A DNA stretch of 13,155 nucleotides from assembly GCA_964510165.1 (NCBI GenBank), contig CAZEBC010000114.1, positions 1-13,155 of the forward strand, written 5' to 3'. Position 1 is the first letter of the stretch; every line of letters begins with the position of its first letter. Shown piece after piece: positions 8,108 through 13,155 of the stretch. Both the position numbers and the translations under genes were made by a program. This stretch comes from an uncultured bacterium (GTDB lineage Bacteria; Abyssobacteria; SURF-5). The notes beneath the pieces are model-generated. The model was not told the DNA's origin, made no database searches, and was given only the letters and a program-made list of their open reading frames with translations.

Positions 8108-8178
8108 GAAATACCCCTATCAACCACCAAGGCGCAAAGAATTCGGGAAAAAAACCGCTCATAAGTCGCAGTTCCGGC

Positions 8179-8225
8179 GTAGGGGGGCCCTGTGTGGCCA
8201 ACCAGGCGCCCACATAGGGGCCTAC
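8179..8225. repeat. GTAG...CTAC REP doublet (REPIN-like)
   Basis: gtaggggggccctgtgtggccaacc-a-ggcgcccacataggggcctac: two inverted, degenerate GTAG-type REP halves. Confidence 0.65.
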
Positions 8226-8268
8226 AATTCCGGGACAGTCTTTTTTGCGCTTTCCCCTTTTACCCTAT

Positions 8269-9825
8269 TTACATCGGTATATTCCCGTGTTTCTTTGGCG
8301 GGCGGCTCTCGCGTTTGGAGAGCAGCACCCGCAGCGCCTCGATCAGGCGGGGACGCGTGTCGCGCGGGTGAATGACCGCGTCGACGTGCCCGCGCGAGGC
8401 CGCGATATAAGGATTCGAAAATATCTCTTCGTATTCGCGCACTTTCTGCTTGCGCATGGCGTCGGGGTCGGCGGCCTCCTTGATCTCCTTGCGATGGATG
8501 ATGTTGGCCGCGCCTGCCGCGCCCATAACGGCGACCTCAGCGGTGGGCCATGCGAGCACGTAGTCGGCGCCGAGGTCGGGGCTGCACATCGCGAGGTACG
8601 CGCCGCCGATGCTCTTGCGGATCAGGAGGGTGAGCTTCGGCACGGTTGCCTCCGAGTAGCACCAAAGGAGTTTCGCACCGTGACGGATGATGCCGCTCCA
8701 TTCCTGGTCGCTGCCGGGCAGATAGCCGGGGACATCCACCATCGTGAGGAGCGGGATGTTGAATGCGTCGCAGAACCGGATGAAGCGAGTGGCCTTGTCA
8801 GAGGCGTTCACGTCGAGGCTGCCCGCCAGCGCTTTGGGCTGATTGGCGATGATGCCGACGGTGTGCCCATCGAGTCGCGCGAGGCAGACGATCATGTTTT
8901 CGGCGTAGTATTGGTGAGGTTCGATGAAGGCGCCTCCGTCAACCAGCGAGCGGATGATGTCCTTCATGTCATAGTTTTTGCGCGGGTCGTCGGGAATGAC
9001 CGAATCGAGCGCCGGGTCGGTGCGACGGGGGTCGTCACCGAGGTCAACGACGGGCGGGTCCTGCATGTTGTTCGACGGCAAATATGAGAGCAGTTCGCGG
9101 ATGCGCGCGATGGCGTCCTGGTCGTTTTCGCACGCGAAATGGGCGACGCCGCTCTTGGTGTTGTGGGTCATCGCGCCGCCGAGTTCCTCGAAGCTGATCT
9201 GTTCGCCGGTGACCGCCTTGATGACCTCGGGGCCGGTGATGAACATGTAACTTGTGTTCTTCACCATGAACACCCAATCGGTCATCGCGGGCGAGTAGAC
9301 GGCGCCTCCGGCGGTCGGCCCCATGATGGCCGATATCTGCGGAATCACGCCCGAGGCGCAGGCGTTGCGGAAGAAGATGTTGCCGTAGCCGCTGAGCGCG
9401 TCGACGCCTTCCTGTATGCGCGCGCCGCCCGAATCGTTGAAGCCGACGACGGGCGCTCCGTTCTTCATTGCGAGGTCCATGATCTTGCAGATTTTCCTGG
9501 AGTGCATCTCGCCGAGCGTGCCGCCGACTGAGGTGAAATCCTGCGAGAAGGCGAAGACGGTACGACCCTCGACAGTGCCGTGGCCGGTGACGACGCCCTC
9601 TCCGGGGATGAAGGTGTCGGCCATTCCGAAATGGGCGCAGCGATGGCGCACGAACATGCCCATTTCGACGAAGCTGCCCGGGTCGAAGAAAAGGTCCAGC
9701 CGTTCGCGCGCCGTGAGTTTTCCCGATTCGTGCTGCTTGCGGATTCGCTCCTCTCCGCCCATGGCGAGTTCGCGCTCGATTCTCCGGTCGAGGTCGGTCA
9801 GCTTGTCGGAAATGCTCTCTGGCAT
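8269..9825 (-). CDS. pccB: Acyl-CoA carboxyltransferase beta subunit (methylmalonyl-/propionyl-CoA type; PccB/MmdA/transcarboxylase 12S family)
   Basis: GKLTARER, GEGVVTGHG, SQDFTSVGGTLG, NDSGGARIQEGV, GGAVYSPAMTD, DVPGYLPG, RHGAKLL and the C-terminal KKHGNIPM are present. SD AAGGAGAG precedes ATG 9825. The symbol marks the family only. Confidence 0.93.
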   Translation of the reverse strand: MPESISDKLTDLDRRIERELAMGGEERIRKQHESGKLTARERLDLFFDPGSFVEMGMFVRHRCAHFGMADTFIPGEGVVTGHGTVEGRTVFAFSQDFTSVGGTLGEMHSRKICKIMDLAMKNGAPVVGFNDSGGARIQEGVDALSGYGNIFFRNACASGVIPQISAIMGPTAGGAVYSPAMTDWVFMVKNTSYMFITGPEVIKAVTGEQISFEELGGAMTHNTKSGVAHFACENDQDAIARIRELLSYLPSNNMQDPPVVDLGDDPRRTDPALDSVIPDDPRKNYDMKDIIRSLVDGGAFIEPHQYYAENMIVCLARLDGHTVGIIANQPKALAGSLDVNASDKATRFIRFCDAFNIPLLTMVDVPGYLPGSDQEWSGIIRHGAKLLWCYSEATVPKLTLLIRKSIGGAYLAMCSPDLGADYVLAWPTAEVAVMGAAGAANIIHRKEIKEAADPDAMRKQKVREYEEIFSNPYIAASRGHVDAVIHPRDTRPRLIEALRVLLSKRESRPPKKHGNIPM

Positions 9826-9878
9826 GGGGTCCGTCTCTCCTTATACGTTCATGGTCTCATGGGGGCGCTCATTGGGGC

Positions 9879-9910
9879 AAAAAACGAAGGCCGCTCATGG
9901 GAGCGGTCGC
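9879..9910 (-). terminator. Intrinsic-terminator-like hairpin inside the 5' leader of the carboxyltransferase operon (attenuator candidate)
   Basis: The minus strand reads GCGA-CCGCUC-[CCAU]-GAGCGG-(CCU bulge)-UCGU-UUUUU, ending about 55 nt upstream of ATG 9825. Confidence 0.55.
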
Positions 9911-10097
9911 AAATAACATCTTATCGCGAGAGCCCGTGTCTCGGCAGCGAATACCGTATCCATACTGTTCTGGCTCTGCGACCCTTCAGGGCTGTGCGCC
10001 TCGCCGGATTCATGTCGCCCTTTTGTGATCGACCCGGACGGTCTCTCGCGTGTGGGGTATTCGGGCTTTTGTTTTGAATGACGGACCGAAGTCCTGT
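9879..10097 (-). ncRNA. Candidate structured cis-regulatory leader RNA (riboswitch/attenuator-like), family not recognised
   Basis: 5' GGAC-UUCG-GUCC hairpin; long-range helix 10038-10050/9925-9937; inner stems; a terminator; and a 9-bp antiterminator 9975-9983/9905-9913. Confidence 0.45.
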
Positions 10098-10101
10098 TGC
10101 A

Positions 10102-10130
10102 ATTCTATCCAATCGCCGATGAATTGTCAA
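10102..10130 (-). promoter_or_regulatory. sigma70-type promoter of the carboxyltransferase operon
   Basis: The minus strand has TTGACA (10130-10125), 17 nt, then TAGAAT (10107-10102). Predicted TSS is near 10095. Confidence 0.75.
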
Positions 10131-10262
10131 ACGGCTCGCGGCGGCTATTGTGGTGGTTCCAAAAGTGGATTCACTCAAAGGAATCCGTGCCCCTGCGACT
10201 AGAAACCGAATTACGGGACGGTCTCTGTTGAGCGATGTTCTAATGGATTCTGTAAAATCCCT

Positions 10263-10306
10263 GGCATTGCGAGAAATCCCGCTGCAAGCGGGATGACGAA
10301 GCAATC
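10263..10306. repeat. (G)TCATTGCGAG...CGAAGCAATC-type REP-like palindrome
   Basis: ggcattgcgagaa-atcccgc-tgcaa-gcgggat-gacgaagcaatc: an inner 7-bp stem plus outer attgc/gcaat pairing. Confidence 0.65.
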
Positions 10307-10360
10307 ACGACACAACGCGGAAAACGCCTTTCGCCCTTCATGCGTCGCCCACCCGAGTTA

Positions 10361-10492
10361 TCACGCGTTTCGCATGATTCGCGTGATCCGCCTCTCCGAA
10401 CCGTCCGATCCGTCCGACTTGTCCGACGCAGTTTCCCTCTTCGCCAGGGCTTACGCATCTGAACCCTGAACCTTGACCTTCGGACCTTGGAA
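10361..10492. repeat. Adjacent short tandem repeat tracts of three different families
   Basis: A 9-nt CGCGAA-type tract on the minus strand (10361-10386); four TCCGA units with period 9 (10392-10427); about five degenerate 7-mers, ctgaacc-ctgaacc-ttgacct-tcggacc-ttggaa (10459-10492). Confidence 0.65.
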
Positions 10493-10725
10493 TGTGTCCC
10501 CATTGTCACGGCTCATTCTGGGCGCTTTGGCCGTTTTTTCCGCCCGCGCATAACGAAATTGTCAAAGGATGTCCCCGTTTCGCCGATTCTTTCCCGTCCA
10601 GGTGAAACGCCCCGACCCGGGAGCAGGCACGCTCACGTGTCAGCGCTATTCATAACTCATTGCATCTAAAGGGGTTATTTCCATCCAGGCGCGCCCGCGC
10701 AAGACCCGAAAGGCTTGGCCCCCTC

Positions 10726-10736
10726 TGTGGTATGTT
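10726..10736 (+). promoter_or_regulatory. Possible extended -10 promoter for the OmpA-family gene
   Basis: TGTG-G-TATGTT resembles TRTGnTATAAT, about 60 nt upstream of ATG 10797. There is no good -35. Confidence 0.3.
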
Positions 10737-10796
10737 TTATGCTTCCCCTTCATTGAAAATCTCAGCCCTGAACTGCCACATGGAGGAGAACGCCAG

Positions 10797-11813
10797 ATGA
10801 GAATCGTCAAATACACATTGATGCTCTTTGTCGTCATCAGCCTTATGACCGTATCTCCCGCGATAGCGGCGGCGCAGGCCGGCAGCGGGTCGGGTGACGA
10901 CTCGCTCACGCTCACTCTGGACCGGAAATACATGCCCAAGACCATTTTCTATCCCGGACTCCTGTGCACCGACGCCGACACAATCACCGTGCATGAATAT
11001 GTCATCCGGGACCATCTCGGCAAACCGATTGACGGCTTCATAATCCAGACGGCGTCGGGTCAGACGTTGGTCCCCGTCGAGAAAGTCAAGGAGATCAGCT
11101 TCGAGCAGTGCATTCGACACAAGACCAGGGACGTCGATCACGTCTATTTTGTCGAAGACGCTCGCATGGTGCTGACCAGCGGCAAGGAAATGAGCGTCAT
11201 CATGAACGCCGACTTCGGAACTGTCGAGGGAAAAACCAAGCTGGGCGATTTCTTCCTCGGCGACCCGCACACGGTCAAGAAGCTGGTGTTCAACCGGGAA
11301 GCGGCGGCCGAACCCGAACCGGCGCCTCCGGCGGCGCCAGGGCCTCAGGAACCCGCGCCCCAGGAAGCGCGGCCTGTTACTCCTCCTGAAGTTGACAGCG
11401 ACGGCGACGGCGTGCCCGACTCTCGGGACAAATGCCCCGACACCCCGAAGGGAGCGAAGGTCACCGAGGAAGGCTGCTGGACAATCAAGGGAGTCAACTT
11501 CGATTACAACAAATGGGATATCAAGCCCGAGTATTTCAGCGTGATGGATGAGAATGTACGCGTGCTGCTTATGAACCCGACCATGGAAATCGAGATACAG
11601 GGACACACCGACAGCATCGCGTCGGAAAAATACAACCAGTGGCTCTCCGAGAAAAGGGCCAACTCGGCCAAAGAGTATTTCGTATCCAAGGACGTGAACG
11701 AGAAACGCATCACCACACGCGGCTTTGGTGAGACGAGGCCGATAGTCTCGAACGATACTCCCGAGGGTCGCGCGAAGAACCGCAGAATCGAAATCATGGT
11801 AACCAACAAGTAA
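10797..11813 (+). CDS. OmpA-family peptidoglycan-binding protein: signal peptide, unrecognised ~132-aa beta-rich domain, Pro/Ala linker, TSP3-like Ca-binding loop, OmpA C-terminal domain
   Basis: SD GGAGGAG; signal peptide ending in AIA/AAA; DSDGDGVPDSRDKCPDTP; VNFDYNK, IQGHTDS, YNQWLSEKRA, GFGETRP and GRAKNRRIE. Confidence 0.9.
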   Translation: MRIVKYTLMLFVVISLMTVSPAIAAAQAGSGSGDDSLTLTLDRKYMPKTIFYPGLLCTDADTITVHEYVIRDHLGKPIDGFIIQTASGQTLVPVEKVKEISFEQCIRHKTRDVDHVYFVEDARMVLTSGKEMSVIMNADFGTVEGKTKLGDFFLGDPHTVKKLVFNREAAAEPEPAPPAAPGPQEPAPQEARPVTPPEVDSDGDGVPDSRDKCPDTPKGAKVTEEGCWTIKGVNFDYNKWDIKPEYFSVMDENVRVLLMNPTMEIEIQGHTDSIASEKYNQWLSEKRANSAKEYFVSKDVNEKRITTRGFGETRPIVSNDTPEGRAKNRRIEIMVTNK

Positions 11814-11826
11814 GGGAGGCTGACTG

Positions 11827-12315
11827 ATGAAGGCATCCAAATGCGTCTTGACCGTTACGCTCGCAGTCGTTGTGGCGCTGACACTCGTCGGCGAGGCAAT
11901 GGCCGAAAGGAAGGAATCAATCACCGTTACTCTCGACCGCAAGGTATACCCCGCCGTCATCTTCTATCCGGGCCTGTGCTGGACGGAGCCCCAAACGGTG
12001 ACGGTGAACAACTATGCCATCCGTAATTATCTCGGAATTCCCGTCGAGGGGTTCATCATTCAGACGGTCTCAGGACAGACCCAAGTGCCCCTTTACCTGG
12101 TGAAGGAAATCAAATTCGACGGGTGCATACACCATAAGACGCAGGATATCGACCACATCTACTTCGTGCAGTGGGCCGACATGACTCTGGTGGATGGAAC
12201 CCGGATGCGCGTGCTGGCAAATGCTGATTTCGGTACGATAGAGGGCGATACCGAGGATGGCGCGTTCTTCCTCGGCGACCCGCACACCGTGAAACACATC
12301 GTCTTCAATCGGTAG
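11827..12315 (+). CDS. Secreted protein consisting only of a paralog of the N-terminal domain of the upstream OmpA-family protein
   Basis: SD GGGAGG; signal peptide ending in AMA. By hand, it aligns without gaps to the upstream domain at 82/132 identities (about 62%). Confidence 0.85.
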   Translation: MKASKCVLTVTLAVVVALTLVGEAMAERKESITVTLDRKVYPAVIFYPGLCWTEPQTVTVNNYAIRNYLGIPVEGFIIQTVSGQTQVPLYLVKEIKFDGCIHHKTQDIDHIYFVQWADMTLVDGTRMRVLANADFGTIEGDTEDGAFFLGDPHTVKHIVFNR

Positions 12316-12557
12316 GAACGGATAATCCGCTGCCTTCCCTTTGCGCTGCCGGGCCTCGCGCCCGGCAGTTCCGTTTGATCCGACTCCCGTACTTTTTCAT
12401 GGTGCGGGCATTTCGGGCGTGTCGGCTCGTGGACCAGGAACCTGTCGAGCTTGACACAGAAGACGGTCCTGCCCGCGCATCCGAGGGCCTGATAATGGGC
12501 GCAGTCCAGGCACGCGTCAATATCGGTCCTGTGAATCCTCGGTTCTTCTTCCATCAT
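12159..12557 (-). CDS. Putative small Cys/His-rich metal-binding protein; only the first ~55 codons look protein-like
   Basis: C16-x2-C19-x-H21...C27...C34...C50-P-H-H. TAGAAT lies at 12596-12591 upstream, with a weak SD. The last 157 nt overlap the convergent gene. Confidence 0.4.
   Translation of the reverse strand: MMEEEPRIHRTDIDACLDCAHYQALGCAGRTVFCVKLDRFLVHEPTRPKCPHHEKVRESDQTELPGARPGSAKGRQRIIRSYRLKTMCFTVCGSPRKNAPSSVSPSIVPKSAFASTRIRVPSTRVMSAHCTK
12346..12376 (+). terminator. Probable terminator hairpin after the two-gene ompA unit
   Basis: 9-bp stem ctgccgggc (12346-12354) / gcccggcag (12360-12368) with a 5-nt loop, followed by an imperfect T tail (ttccgttt). Confidence 0.5.
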
Positions 12558-12661
12558 AGCTGTCGCTTCCGCATTCCGAATTCAGTAACTATTCTACTAT
12601 TTCTCATATCGCCGTTCCATTTCCTGGAACCGCCGGGGTTTGTCTTGAAATTCCGTAGACA

Positions 12662-12690
12662 TTGACAAATCGGGCGGGTTTCTGTATACT
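12662..12690 (+). promoter_or_regulatory. sigma70-type promoter of hppA
   Basis: TTGACA (12662-12667), 17 nt, TATACT (12685-12690). Confidence 0.8.
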
Positions 12691-12767
12691 AGCGGCCAGT
12701 TGTTAGTGCCCTTCCTTACAAAACAAGTCGGTCGCCCCTGTGAACTTTCGGATGAGGAGGAGAGGTT

Positions 12768-13155
12768 ATGAGTGCAGAAGTATTGCGTATAGTGTTCGTT
12801 GCACTGGGCTCGGGCATCCTGGCTCTTCTGTTCGTCATCTATCTTGCCGCGTACACGATGAAACAGAACCCCGGCAACGAGAAGATGCAGAAGATTTCCA
12901 AGATGGTGCAGGCCGGCGCCAGAGCGTTCCTGAAACGCGAATACACCTACGTCTTCACGTTCGTGGTGGTTATCGCCGTCCTTATCGCCATCGCTCCCTT
13001 TGTGTGGGGAAGCGTGTTTCCGGACAGGCCGAAGCTCGAGCTCGGCATCAACACCTCGATATGCTTCGCGTTAGGAGCGATGATGTCGGCGCTCGCCGGC
13101 TATATCGGCATGAGCATTGCCACGCGCTCCAATGCCCGCACTACCGAAGCAGCGA
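12768..13155 (+). CDS. hppA: Membrane-integral Na+/H+-translocating pyrophosphatase, 3'-truncated by the window edge (absent from the ORF track)
   Basis: Translated by hand: MSAEVLRIVFVALGSGILALLFVIYLAAYTMKQNPGNEKMQKISKMVQAGARAFLKREY...ICFALGAMMSALAGYIGMSIATRSNARTTEAA. These are hallmark M-PPase N-terminal motifs. Strong SD GAGGAGGAGAGG. The coupling ion cannot be determined from this fragment. Confidence 0.93.
   Translation, partial: MSAEVLRIVFVALGSGILALLFVIYLAAYTMKQNPGNEKMQKISKMVQAGARAFLKREYTYVFTFVVVIAVLIAIAPFVWGSVFPDRPKLELGINTSICFALGAMMSALAGYIGMSIATRSNARTTEAA

Noticed and set aside
10392-10492. Tandem repeats as a possible CRISPR array
   Set aside because: The units are 7-9 nt with no unique spacers, and there are no cas genes in the window.
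9921-10669. ORFs 9921-10304, 10240-10509 and 10487-10669 as protein genes
   Set aside because: They cross a promoter and repeat tracts and have Arg/Ser-rich, non-protein-like composition. Only the last 30 codons of the first are kept as a possible leader peptide.
10715-10730. TGGC upstream of the ompA-like gene as a sigma54 promoter
   Set aside because: There is no TTGC/GC element at the required -12 position.

Overview
A 13.2-kb, GC-rich bacterial chromosomal window, probably from an anaerobe with an outer envelope (inferred from gene content). Left, + strand: the 3' end of an ArsM-type arsenite methyltransferase, a coupled class I SAM methyltransferase, and a UroD/MtaA-family (MT2-like) protein. 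Middle, - strand: a GT-C type membrane glycosyltransferase, a membrane-anchored HEAT-repeat protein, and a three-gene biotin-dependent carboxyl-transfer operon (acyl-CoA carboxyltransferase, a small epsilon-like subunit, and a pyruvate/oxaloacetate carboxyltransferase fused to a biotinyl domain) with no biotin carboxylase, i.e. transcarboxylase-like. Right, + strand: an OmpA-family protein with an unrecognised N-terminal domain, a stand-alone paralog of that domain, and the start of hppA; a small Cys-rich ORF lies on the - strand between them. The best lead is the ~270-nt 5' leader of the carboxyltransferase operon. It has a near-consensus sigma70 promoter, a C(UUCG)G 5' hairpin, a long-range helix closing a multi-stem domain, and a terminator with a mutually exclusive antiterminator, which suggests an unrecognised riboswitch or attenuator. 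The intergenic DNA also holds many distinct REP-like repeat families. All pairings and alignments were done by eye; no folding or database searches were run.
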